From Phoronis australis (taxonomy: Eukaryota > Animalia > Phoronida), in assembly GCA_002633005.1 (NCBI GenBank), contig NMRA01000401.1, forward strand, positions 269,827 through 333,826: DNA of 64,000 nt, given 5' to 3'. Both the position numbers and the translations under genes were made by a program. Shown one piece after another: positions 12,359-24,369 of this stretch; position 1 is the first letter of the stretch; each line of letters begins with the position of its first letter. The notes under the pieces are model-generated. The model worked only from the letters and a program-made list of their open reading frames with translations, did no database searches and was not told the origin of the DNA.

Positions 12359-15300
12359 GCGGTTTGTTTATTCCAACACCCGCAATTCACCTTTACTAGT
12401 AGAAAAACATTCTGTGACTGACCTTAAGTTTTTGAACTGTAACAGATTTCTGAGCAAAGTTTCAGTAAAGACCGATTTATTGCGTCCCACCCATTGTATG
12501 TCAGCACTAAACCTTGATGCACAACAGGAAACTACTTGGCATCAGGAGGACGCACAGCGTAACAATTTTCAAAGTAGGAAAGTAGCGGTGTGGGCAAACT
12601 TAAAATCGTTCTCACGCGCAGCATTGTGGGTAAACAACGTAAAATCAGAGAGCGGTGAATTGCCTTTCCGGAAAGCAAACATTGTGTCGTAAAATAGTTC
12701 ATACATGACACTGGTTTTCACTGAAAAGTCATATTATAAAATATTGCTAAAAGAGGTGTTATGAATAAACAGTCATGTATTTGAAAACTCACTTCACTGA
12801 AATTTCAAAGGTCAGAGAAGTGTGAAGTATTTTTTCAGCCCCGGGTTTGCCCGTTGTAACAGTGATGAACTGCCGCACCTCGCCTCTGTCACCAGAAACC
12901 AAAATCCCCCCAACGCGCGTGCCAGGCTCACGAGAAAGGTGTCCCGCATGGACTATCCTGTAACAGAGCGCCACCTATACCTTTCGTAGCAAGTGAAAAG
13001 GTGTACGCATGGACGCGAGACTCGCTGGTTCCCTACGTGCCGCTAGGTGGTTAGTAGCCAGCACGCAGCTATCACTTAAATTTCCTCGGGAATTTTTTAC
13101 ACCGGCGTTTCTGATTGGCTAGTTGAATACTCAACAGGCAGTGCCTTACGCAAACAAACTGGCATGACTGATGGACTGAAGTGTAAATGTGTTCTGTTGT
13201 ACAGACAAATCGATGCTTAAAATGTATGTTCAGGAAATGTGAATCCCAGAAATTGTGGTTGCGCCTTTTCAGAACACATCTTTCTACTGTCGATGACTTT
13301 TGTTTTCGATACTGTCCTGTATTCATACAGTATGAATAACACATGGGTTAAATCGGCCACATATGTGTTTATAAGGTGTGTGCTTCAAGCACGCGGCTAT
13401 TAAACATCACTGCAGAAACGAAATAGTTGCTGCGACGACACTTGCATGACAAGGCTAAAAATCGTTCACAGTCCGCCATTTTTTCTCGGTGTTGTAAAGC
13501 TAAACAATGACTACTGAGGTTATATCAACCAGTGCTAAAGCGCGTGCCACTGCGTGATACTTGTGTGCTGGCTAGGCACGTAGCGCCGGACCAGCGAGGG
13601 ACGCGAGACAAANCCTTTTTTAAAAAAAATGTGCAAGTGTAGACGTGGGAACTTTTTGGAATTTGATTTATAGGTATATTATCTAGCCACATAGAAAAAA
13701 CTAGGTTGCCCCCCCAAAGTACTCACAAGGATGAACGCTACGAGATCTGGCCCACCGACTAAAACGAGTAAAATCATTGACTGCGTACCCTAGCGACCAA
13801 ACGAAAGAATTTCCGCGCACAGAACAAGCGCATTTTTACAGACAGAAAGGAGTTCTTTGGAGAATTCTTTGGCGCTTCATGCCCTTCTACGAAGCGCCAA
13901 AGGGATCCTCTCTGCATGCAAAACAGTAAAAACTCATTGTACGTGCATACTATATTTACAGCGCAGAAATGACTATTCAACGGCAGAACAAGAATATTAC
14001 TACTAGGCGTACTAACTACGTCGATAGTATTTTATTTCAGTACGCGCACTGAATTACGGTCTGCATGTGCACCAATACGACTTCCCAGAATCCCACTGAT
14101 GGTAAAAGGCTCTCAGTGTCATTGATGTATCCGAAGTAGTTGAGTGAATGCTATCTCTGACCAAAAGTCGAAATGAATTGATTTTTATTGTTATTATAAT
14201 AGTTTAAAATTTGATTGTTGCTCAATAGAACCATTAATACTCTCGCTTGAAGTCGACAATGATCTTCGAAAATGACAAGTGGTAAACGAAGTCACAATAA
14301 TTATGGCTACTCTCACCGGCGTGGGTAAGCGTAGCGTAACATCCTTATTCTACGTACAAAATGACCATTTGTACACGTAGAAAAACTTATTATGTGTGTT
14401 GAATAAATACGTTTTACGCACAGGAAAATGCGTATTTGCGAACCCTTTGGCGAGAGAACTACTTTACACGAAGATAGCGAGATGAGTGTCTGTAAAACGC
14501 TTGGTGAGAATTGCAAGGCGAATATCAACCAATAATGTAGGTTTACACAAAGTATTTATTTTAAATGCACAACAACGAAACAAACAATATATTACATTTA
14601 TGGCTGCCTCGAGAGATCGTAGTAATGTCCGTAAAATAAATGTAAACAAGAATACATTATGTACGTACATTAGCTCAGATAAATGACATCTGTATGTTTA
14701 TATATGTTATTGTGCTCCAGATTTATAGACCATTCACCATGGCATGTATTTAACTTAGAGATTTGTCACATTTTTGGGCCACGCTTTTAATTGAAGACAT
14801 ATAAATTTATAAACACGGTTATGCAAACTAAACGGACATGTCAACATTGCTTTGTAAGAGCATTTGTTTAAAATAAGCAGACATGTCAATAAAAGTACTT
14901 TGATTAAATACCACCACGTGACCGTGGCCATAGTCGCGGTGCGAAATTTCTGCGAACTTATTGCGGTCAGCAGGTACATTCCGATGCAAAACAGATATTA
15001 GGGGAATGAATTGTTCATCTCTGCATGACCAGAATCAGGATCTACAACCGTTACGTTGGCCTGAGTGGGTAAAGAAGAACTCAAGAGGCGGGGCCACAGG
15101 GGTCCATCCACGATGTACGTCTTGGCCGAATCTCCAACTGTGTGTAATCACCGGCACACTTGAGCCACGTGCGATCATCCATCGCTTGAGTACTGCATTT
15201 CCTATTGACAGACAACTGACACGCATAACGCTGGACACAGAAGACATGCTTCAAAGCGGACACGAGAGTTGATGATTCTCGGAGTGTTCCGATTCACAAA

Positions 15301-16599
15301 CAAGTCAACGTCTTTATTAGCTATGAACTGCCTCATTACCGTACTTCCTAGCTATTTTAAAACGACACGCGTGTCAGAGGGAACAAACCTGTCACGGCTG
15401 CCAATTTTTTAGCGCAACATTGCATTATGTTACAAGGGACTATATACATATCCCTTTGTCACAGCAAATCATTCACACGATTGTGATAGCATAAATGACA
15501 TTCTTCAAGCCAGTACGAGCGAGGCCCGTTTTCCATGAATTTTTAGTTGGTACATTGCGCAGTATCGTGTTTGTTTGTACAGGAACGTTTCGATTAGACA
15601 ATTTTCTCCATGACGTCAAACACATATTCACACTTTTTATGATCATCGCATTCGTTCTTTATATTTATTAACCGCTATTTCAACAAAATGATACCAAGTA
15701 CAATATTTCGCCTGGCCACACAATCCAGTAAACCGATTCAGTTGTAGGGGTCAAATAAACATGTACTCAAAGAATACATCAAACTCTATACTAAAGGTCA
15801 CACGAATAAAAAATTACCCTCCAGCTATAAACATTATTCGACACAAGCCTCAGCGTTTTTCATTTAAATAAAATATTCTAAATTGTAATCTACGTGATCT
15901 TTAAACAGAAATATAAATTTCATTTACCTTAGAGTCAGTTCAAGTGGCAATTTTATGACCAGCTATTTCAAAGCTGCGTCAGGTTTCAAAAGAGAAGAAA
16001 ACACATAAAACTGAATAAGAAGCCTCCAAGAAACATGGCGACGTCGATAAATCGTGAAAAAAATCAATAAATATTAAGCAAAACAGTACATACAAACAAA
16101 AGTCGGAGACCCCATAACTAATGTTTGCACCATGATCTTCTTACGGCCATGAAATGTAGACGATAAACATAAACTGTAAATTACCCCCGTATCGCGTCCA
16201 AAACGGCAAAATTACCGCAATGTTCTTTAAAGCGACATTATCGACGAGAGAAACGGTTTTCTGAAATCAGCCCCTGCGCGGATGCGAACCAACTATCTTC
16301 GGGGTCGAAGACAAACGCTCGGATGACGAACTAAATCGCACTTGATAAATGACAGTCGAGTGCTTAAGCGTACTAGCTGGTAAAGTCATCGACCTTGATT
16401 TCAGCGAATGTCAGGCACACGTCGGCGAGAATAGGAGATTTGTAATTAACTTACAAAAACACAATAGATTTTAGTGACATATAGCTTTGGTCAAAGCTAA
16501 TGACTTCAAAAACTCCACCAGATTCAATAATGATCCCGGCATTCATTGCGCTTTGCGGCTTAAAACGTTATCAAGTTCATCCAATCTCAACAGTTGCCG

Positions 16600-16830
16600 A
16601 ATGAGTGGCAACCGGAAGTCAAAGGCAACGCATACATGCGCCATTTTGGAATTCGCAAGTTTAGGATTGGCCAACCCCAACAAGCTATAAAGCCTTTTTG
16701 AGTCATTGATAGTTTCGATGCCCACAGAAGTGATTGTCATTTTCAAATTTAAAGGAGTGCAAACATATAAACCTAATTTATATGGTTTACTGATGCAATT
16801 AAACTCCACATTTTCGTCTTTTAGATTTTT
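16600..16830. repeat. Dispersed repeat family D
   Basis: CGCCATTTTGGAATTCGCAAGTTTAGGATTGGCCAAC; diverged copies at about 39960-40150 and 57280-57480. Confidence 0.55.
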
Positions 16831-16904
16831 TTATTGAAAAAGCCAGAACCGAGGAAAGCTCTAGCAATGTGTTAATTATGGACACAAACCCGTATGACGT
16901 GCTT

Positions 16905-17035
16905 TGGGTAGAGTTCAGTAGCCGTCTCCCGCCTAGAAAAATCAAGCCAGTATCACGTGCTCTCATTTAATGCATGACAATATCTCCCGTAATATTGCGA
17001 AATTTAATGCTTTTCTAGGGTTATTGAACAGTACT
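16905..17035 (-). mobile_element. MITE family H, inverted and diverged
   Basis: TCACGTGCTCTCATTTAA..ATATCTCCCGTAAT is the reverse complement of the family core. Confidence 0.6.
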
Positions 17036-19184
17036 GACCGTGGTCATTCAGCTGAATCCCAGTTTTCCCTTCTGGTAAGCAACTCCCAACTCCCAACTTT
17101 CATTATACTCCCTGACATTGCCTCCACCTCATCCCCACCCTCCAATGTTAACCGTAAAGCAGACGCTTGGACACTCCCTCCCCAGATGGCCTGTCAAGAG
17201 CAGCTTGCTTGGGTCTGTCAGTAAAAGCCATACGGATGCACTTTTCAATTGTTTTAATTTTTGCTTCAAGATTTGCTTCTTGTTTGTCATCATGGACATC
17301 AATTGATGCAAAATTAATTAATTAATTAATTAGCTAATTAAAGTCAGCTTCACCTGGCACAGCCCAGGTGGAGTGTGAGGAACACCTTTGGCACCATAAA
17401 ATTTAAAACTTTTTAATGATGCTTTTAGAATGTCATTTGACACACGGAATATCAAATGCAGCCACTTTGCCGGTGTAAAAGCCAGCCATAATTTTTTGAG
17501 CCACAGTTGAACTTATGCCCCCTCAATTTCATTAAAATTTGACGCCTGATCAGATGGAGTGGCCGAGCGAGTTAACTTTTGCACTACGTGTAAAGGCTAC
17601 AAACGGCTATTGCTTTACTGTTGAGTTTATTATCTTTTAAACAATGCTAGTCTCAGGAAATTGCACTGCCTTCAGACACATTGGATTAGTAAAAAAATCT
17701 GGGGGATTGACGTCCCCCTTTGAGGGTCTTGTCAATTGGCCAAGCCTGATGGTTTTGCACCCCTAAAACCAGAGAAAAGACTGTTGAGTGTCACGTGAAG
17801 TTGAAGTATAGAATTGTGGGTTTAAATTCACTGTTTTCATTCCATAAGCGAAGTTTTTTCGCTTCATGTGCATCCTAACGTCTTACTGTTTGAGGGACGT
17901 GGCCCCTTAGCCTCGCAACCCACGTGACTGGCCAGTGGAACGGATGTAAGATAAACATGCAATAAAAACTAAATGGACGTCGTTGGCCATTATTACAGTG
18001 GAAACTTCCAAAGAAACATGAAGTGCACGAACAATCCGTTTGTAAATTGGTAGTTTATAAAAACCGATTGTGCAACCTTGAGACCCTGGTTCAGTGACCG
18101 TCGCAACAGTGGGCCTAATTTTACTTCATATTGACAATTTAATTTAATTTGTTTTTCCAGGGCAGATCAACAAACACTATTCATTTTGCTCGAGATCTTC
18201 TCGGAATCTCTCATCTTATTGCAAAGATTAGAGTTGTCAGTGTCAAGCTTCTACTAAAAGGAAGCCTTTGACGCAGGTTTACTTAATCAAACAAAAATAG
18301 CCATTGTTAAGGAAGATTATCGTAAGAGTTGTCTGGAATTCAGCCTGGCTTTCAGTTGACGAAATTGACAAATAAAACCGAGAAGCGGAATTGCTCGCAC
18401 GGTGACTGACCTTTGGGAATTCTCCCGTGAACGGGCATAATGCGTGTAGACTGACGCGTGATTGTGACGGACCAAAACACTAACCAATGTCTGGGTAACT
18501 AATGACCATCAATCGTTAGCAATCAAAGCAATGAACTACGGCAAACGCTCATCAATTAGTCACGTGATAGGTAGACCTGTTTTCTTTGAACGACCATCTA
18601 GGCGTGCTTTTGCCTTAACACAAAGTGAGGACAGCAAGTTCTGGCTTTGTGAAAGTATTTAGCAGTCACGCGAACTCATCGAAAAGGAGCCCATTGATTT
18701 GTGACTTTCCGATATTATATCAGAAACTTCACTAATGTGGTATCCGTTTCAAACGTATGCATGCTAAATACACAAGTACACGTGGCTCAAAATCTCACGT
18801 ATGGTTTGACTTCGATAGAAAAATGTCCAAATTCGACAAACATATCTCGGAGATGGATGATCGGATTAACATGAAACTTTCATAATACTATGCTTTGCGT
18901 AGCGTTCCGCAAAACAATGCTAGGGATTGCTTTCAAAATGTTTTAATTTTGCATTATAGGGCTACCAAAACTGGACTTCTATGATTTCGATGATAAAAAG
19001 GGCTTTGAAGTTGCATTAAATGAAAATGAGAGGTCTCGTGACACAATTAAAGGCAGATTTGTAAACAGACAAAAATCAAATTCTACAGGTTAAAAAAACA
19101 TAGTTTTAGTGAGTTAAAATCTATTGTTTTGTAGAAATTTGGCGAAATACTGAGACCTGTTATAAAGCTATGCATAACCTTAAA

Positions 19185-19879
19185 GGGAATTTAGATCGAT
19201 AGTCCGAAGGGTGAAAGTCCGAAAATTTTCGGACTATAGGGCAGTGCAGACTAAAAGGCATACAGTTAATCTTTTCATAATTTTAATCGCTTTTATGAAT
19301 TCATTTTCCTTACTCCGAAGGGTTGGTGCTGAGTCCGAATTTTTTGGTCCGAAGGGCCGATAATCCGAAATGTTTAATTTTTTGAATTACGAATATCGCC
19401 CTTGGTCGATGATAGTCGGAAGGGTCATTGCTCCGAATACATATCCGCCGTCGACATATTAATGAGAAGGACGCGCATTTTCAGACCACTGAAATGCAAT
19501 AAGACATGTCATTTCAAATCCTTATGGGTAAATGATGACCGTGGCATCCTAAAATGTCAAAATTTACGATATATTTGACTGTTGACATCATGTTATAGGC
19601 CGCTTCGTTTCTGACATCGAGCTATTTCATATGAAACATTACTGTTCATTTTAAAAAAGAGATCTAAACTATTGTCTGATGGTATTTCTGTGCAAAATTG
19701 TTTAATACTACATAATAATGATTCATTGTTTATCCTTAATTTGATTTTTAATTCAAGCTTCAACCCGACGCCGGAACTCAAATAGTCGTCACTTTTCGGA
19801 CAGTCGGCACTTCGGACAATTACCTTCGAATTATTCACCCTGCGGACCAATGGTCCTTCGGACTATCGATCCGATCCCC
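19185..19879. mobile_element. Foldback-type element with many TCCGAA/TTCGGA subterminal repeats
   Basis: GATCGATAGTCCGAAGG at the left end and CCTTCGGACTATCGATC at the right end. Confidence 0.7.
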
Positions 19880-19883
19880 TTCC

Positions 19884-20282
19884 TTAAGGACACTCTTTCT
19901 CTTTCATTTCGGATAAAAACATCATAAAACGGATTTTCACACGTTAGTTCAGTCGAAAATTTTGCCTAAAAATGCTCATTGAACACAACCCCAAATATTT
20001 TCAAACAAAACTGAATTAAACATGAAATTAGTCTAATTTCTACTTTTGGGCGTGCTCCGTAGGCGCTGCAGTAAGCGAAAGCTGACTCATGCATTATGGG
20101 TACTCATCTGCACAGGTTTTTCCAGAAACCACGCCCACTTTTGTTTTTTAAACCTCACTTGTAAAATGAATCACACACAAACAGAGCTAAAAGTAACGAA
20201 ATGCTTATATTTTTATCATATCTATCGAGTGGCGACACTTACCGTGTGTTCTAAATTGGTGAATGTAAGGGAGTACCTTTAA
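19884..20282. mobile_element. TTAA-flanked non-autonomous element (Kolobok-like)
   Basis: TTAAGGACACTC ... GAGTACCTTTAA ends. The interior (TTAGTT.AGTCGAAA..TGCTCATT.AACACAAC..GCATTATGGGTACTCA) recurs at about 61992-62250, and a similar start lies at about 9149. Confidence 0.6.
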
Positions 20283-20373
20283 AAGGAACACTAAACCCTG
20301 TTTTGATGATTTCAACCAATCCTCTTTCTGCCAATTGCTAGTGCATCAGTGATGTCAATCTTGAACGATGAAA

Positions 20374-20500
20374 GCTAAAAAGCAAGACTTCGCGAGATTA
20401 CGTGAGATATTGCCGTGCAATTTAAATGAGAACACGTGACTTTGACTAGGTTTTACCTAGGTCCTAGCGTAGGTCCTAGCGTCTACTGAACGCACCCCAG
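20374..20500 (+). mobile_element. MITE family H
   Basis: GCTAAAAAGCA.GACTT.GCGAGATT.CGTGAGAT...TTAAATGAGA.CACGTGACTTTGACTAG is shared with 43706-43820. Confidence 0.75.
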
Positions 20501-22257
20501 GAATCGTCTAAAAACTCACACTCCCTGTGTCACAGGTTGGATATTATGATTCTTGGTGGGTGGTCTTTCGCTACAGTTGTCGTGTAATTCGCTAAAAACG
20601 GAGGTCACGCTGCCCGTTTAGCAGACTTTGAATGTGTTTTCAAATCTTTCTATAAACTTTTCAAGGCTGCCGGGGATTGCATTGCATCGTTTTGTGTCAG
20701 AGAATTGGATGGAAAATTCATTTTTAATATCTGTTCACAAGCCAAAACCCGGTTTGGTATCCTTTTAATAAGATATGACTGGAGAACTTAAAAACAGTCA
20801 TGCATCCCACATTCAATTACATGGTATCAGTGACAATAAGCAGGCCAAAACAAAATTGCCAATAGTATAAAAGCATAGTTTTCTATTTTTGAAGTGTCAG
20901 GTAAAAATCCGGTGACCCAAGTAGCATGTCGAGTTCTATTGTACTGCAATAATCCGATATTTTTCCTAACGAAGCAGGACACAACAGAGGTAATTACCCA
21001 GAACACCACCACAGTGCTACATGAATACTGACACCCCGAAGAATGTACCACAGCTTGTTCAATGATAGTAAGATGACTATCGAATAAATTCTCATTTGTC
21101 ACAATAACAAGACGATCAATCTAAAATGCAATGACACGGAAGTGAACCTGCATATGTAGGCAAATGTACGTGAGTTCAGAATACATTTTTGAATCGGTGT
21201 TATTGCCTTAGGTTGATTTCGATATTCTACTAAGACATAGGCCTATCCCGAGTGTCTTTGGGGTATGCACTCCGAACTTAGCGGAGGAACATGGCCGTAG
21301 ATAGTATTAAAACAAACAAGAATATAAAACAGTTTGTGTAGTCCACGAGTGAGAAATTGAGGAGAGGACGGTTTTTTACCTCCGAATACAAAACGCTTTT
21401 CTGTACAGTCAGCATTGAGAATGGAGCGCCCAATTTGCGACTAGTGGCCCTTTGACACCGCGTCTCGACACTGTTCACTCCAAGTATGTCGTCACATTAC
21501 TGTTCCCTCCTCAGATCCTGCCAATTAAGTAACAAGTTCCACTGCTCTTCATGGTGGGCATTTGTTCTTCCCGGGTCCTCACCCATTCTCCAAACTCCCA
21601 TCGGGTCTAACCTCCACCCCTGTCACCTTGAAAAGTACATAATCATGTTGATCAGTTAGAAACGACATCGTCTTGGCTGCGAGGTATATGTACCTGCCGC
21701 TGACCTCTGGTGAGCTTATCTCATTTACATGTACCACGGCTGGTGGGGGTCACGTGTTCATACGAATCCGTCAAACTCCTTGCCAAAACAGCACATGACG
21801 ATCCCTTAGTTAACGTTCTAAACGACGAAGCGAACAAACAACGCTTACTCCGATACTAAAAAGCTTAGCAGCACAAAAGCGCACTCGAGTGAGATAAATA
21901 ATACGAGAAATATGAGATCGTAAATTTTTTCATGTCATTGGCGAAAGACTTATGTCGGATTTTGTCGAATTTCTCATATCTGTGCTAATACATTTTATGA
22001 TCCACAAGGATTTATCTTCTCCGGCCTACACAAACACTTTACCATAAGCGGATACTGGAAAAGAAAAAATAACATGAAGCAGGAATAATTTTGACCTGAC
22101 GTCATTAAATTTTTACTTGTTAACCAAAATATAAAGGATTTGACTTAATTGATAAAATGTAATATCCGATCCTAAGCTACCGGTGCAGAAGAGAGGGATT
22201 CAATAAATATGAATTGAAATGCTACAAATTAGATTCTCTAAAACGGTCCTGGGTATG

Positions 22258-22367
22258 GGTAATGGTCTGATATAACGTGCCCGAATTTTTATAACCAGTT
22301 TCCTCCACTGAATAACGGGTATCAAACTGGTTCTCAATATACGGACAGGTTATATCAGACTATTGCC
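22258..22367. repeat. Palindromic element family P, longest copy
   Basis: GTCTGATATAAC ... GTTATATCAGAC outer arms. Confidence 0.8.
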
Positions 22368-23045
22368 GACTGGGAAATGGTCCGATATAACGTCTGCAGG
22401 TCTCCTCGACGTCAAATAGTATAGAGCAAACGACTAGTAGTGCTTTTGACCAGCTCGAGTTGCGTTCTCTCCAACGCTCGAATCACGTCCCTGTCCGTTA
22501 CAGGTAGACCTGAGAGAAACTCCCCGCATCGCATAACCAAAGACAGCAACGAGATTAAAGAATAACTTGGGAGTGACCAGTATCACAACTGTAACGGACC
22601 TAAATCCAAAGTGAGATTTAGAGGAGACCTTTTCTGTTCGCAGCAGCTTTATTAAAACATCAGATTTTCCTCCGCCGATTGAGCCTGCGAGTCATATTGC
22701 CCCCATCTAACAGGTTTCACTGCAGTGCCGTTGGCGCTATGGCAACATCCAAATACCCATCACAGGTCGCCCGGGGATAAATAAACCAATACCATAACTT
22801 TATCGAATCAAGTACTCACAAAATTGACCCGCTATAGAATACCGTGAATTAATAGGTGGTAAATTAATCACGGATAATCAAATAGCTGTGACGACATGGA
22901 CAAGGAGATCGAGTGTTTGCCTAAACCAGCCGTTACCCTACGAAGAGCTATCTGTCTGACGTATTATTATTAATGTCGCTTTATTATACTTCGTGAGCAT
23001 CGCCTTATTCCGTGGCGTGGGGTCTAATCTGTGAACTGGAAAACG

Positions 23046-23310
23046 GGCCCTATTATAATTTAGTATGAATTCAAGAAATGCGTCTAGGATTGTATAAGAT
23101 TACGTAATTGAGTGTCTCGTCCGAGTTTGCACTTAATGACCCCTATGAGCAACAAACTGGAGTTGAAGCTCGCAATTTCGAGTTCAGACTGGAACTTGTA
23201 GTTTTTAATGCTTGGGTCTAGGACTCAACCCCCACCTGAGTCAAACGTTATGACTCGGGCACACAAATCTAGACGCATTTCTTGAGTTCATACTAAAGTA
23301 GAAAACGGAT
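23046..23310. mobile_element. MITE with ~45-bp terminal inverted repeats
   Basis: TTTAGTATGAATTCAAGAAATGCGTCTAG versus CTAGACGCATTTCTTGAGTTCATACTAAA. Confidence 0.8.
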
Positions 23311-23773
23311 TGTTACACATTAGTTGCTGTCCGAGTTTAAATTCGGAGGTAAGACCCCAGACTTAAGACTTCGGACATCTCCTCGAGATTTAATAGTTGA
23401 AAATATAACCATCTAGAAGAACCCCTTGAACTCGTCAGATGATGATGTCGAAGGGTGACTTGATTGATAAGACACTAGTACACGCACTGGTCTTTCATAC
23501 TTCTCCTGATTATCGCAGTATGGTGTAAGACAATATCAAAATACATTTTGGGTTTGGTGAAAGACATTCCGTAGCAAACAAGATTTTAGGTTTAGCAAAA
23601 TATCGTATATATTGAGAAAGGGACCTGTTTGTTTTTTCCGTGTTCATGTAGGAATGTTGTATACCACAACAATTAGTCACTCATTGGCCAATCGAGGTCG
23701 CTGAAGTCCTTTATAAAAACATTCAATGACTGCAATGAAGTAAACGTAATATCCGGCTTCTCCTAAGGACATT

Positions 23774-23908
23774 CAGGGGCGGATCCAGGATTTTGAGTTA
23801 GGGGGGCCAGAGCCGAGTATAAGCCAGGATTTTGCCCATCAGACATTCGCACCTTCGTATTGCCAAATGGAATCTGGGAGAATTTCAGGGGGGGGGGAGG
23901 CATGGCCG
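23774..23908 (+). mobile_element. MITE family B, right end lost
   Basis: Same core as 2866-3008. Confidence 0.8.
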
Positions 23909-24162
23909 TAATTCCGAGTTGTATTGCCGCAATGCTGTTTGGTAGTAGATGTAAGTTATTTCACATTTGAAAAATGGAGAACTCTACATCCGTATTTCAC
24001 CACTGGATAACGCAGTCATTGCACGGCCGCTGTTGTGTTATACATTTTTGCGCGGGTGATTATATATGCCGAGTGCCAACAACGAATGCAGTCAACATCG
24101 GTACATATATTGGCGCCCGGGCGACACTAAGAGTCGAGGGTGACAATATGGGCAGTCAACAC

Positions 24163-24369
24163 CATGCGTGCACCCAGCCTAAAATATTGGGGGGAGGGTC
24201 GAATCTTTCAGTATGTAGACCTTTTACTGAAAAAACGTTCAGACCTATGAATTGTGCATTCGCGCCGAATTCCTGTGGGGACTTTTTGTTTCTGTGAGGC
24301 GGACCTTTTTGCCCACTTCATCAAATGGGGTGGTAGTCCAACGAGCCCCCCTCCCTGGGTGCGCGCATG
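24163..24369 (-). mobile_element. MITE family C, inverted
   Basis: Reverse complement of 5689-5931 with both TIRs; no clear target duplication. Confidence 0.8.

Noticed and set aside
13072-13344. THAP-like ORF (RFVCTTEH)
   Set aside because: The full C2CH spacing and the conserved P/W/F residues are absent.
14961-15272. GC-richer stretch with overlapping ORFs on both strands
   Set aside because: No recognisable domain or consistent exon boundaries; left uncalled.
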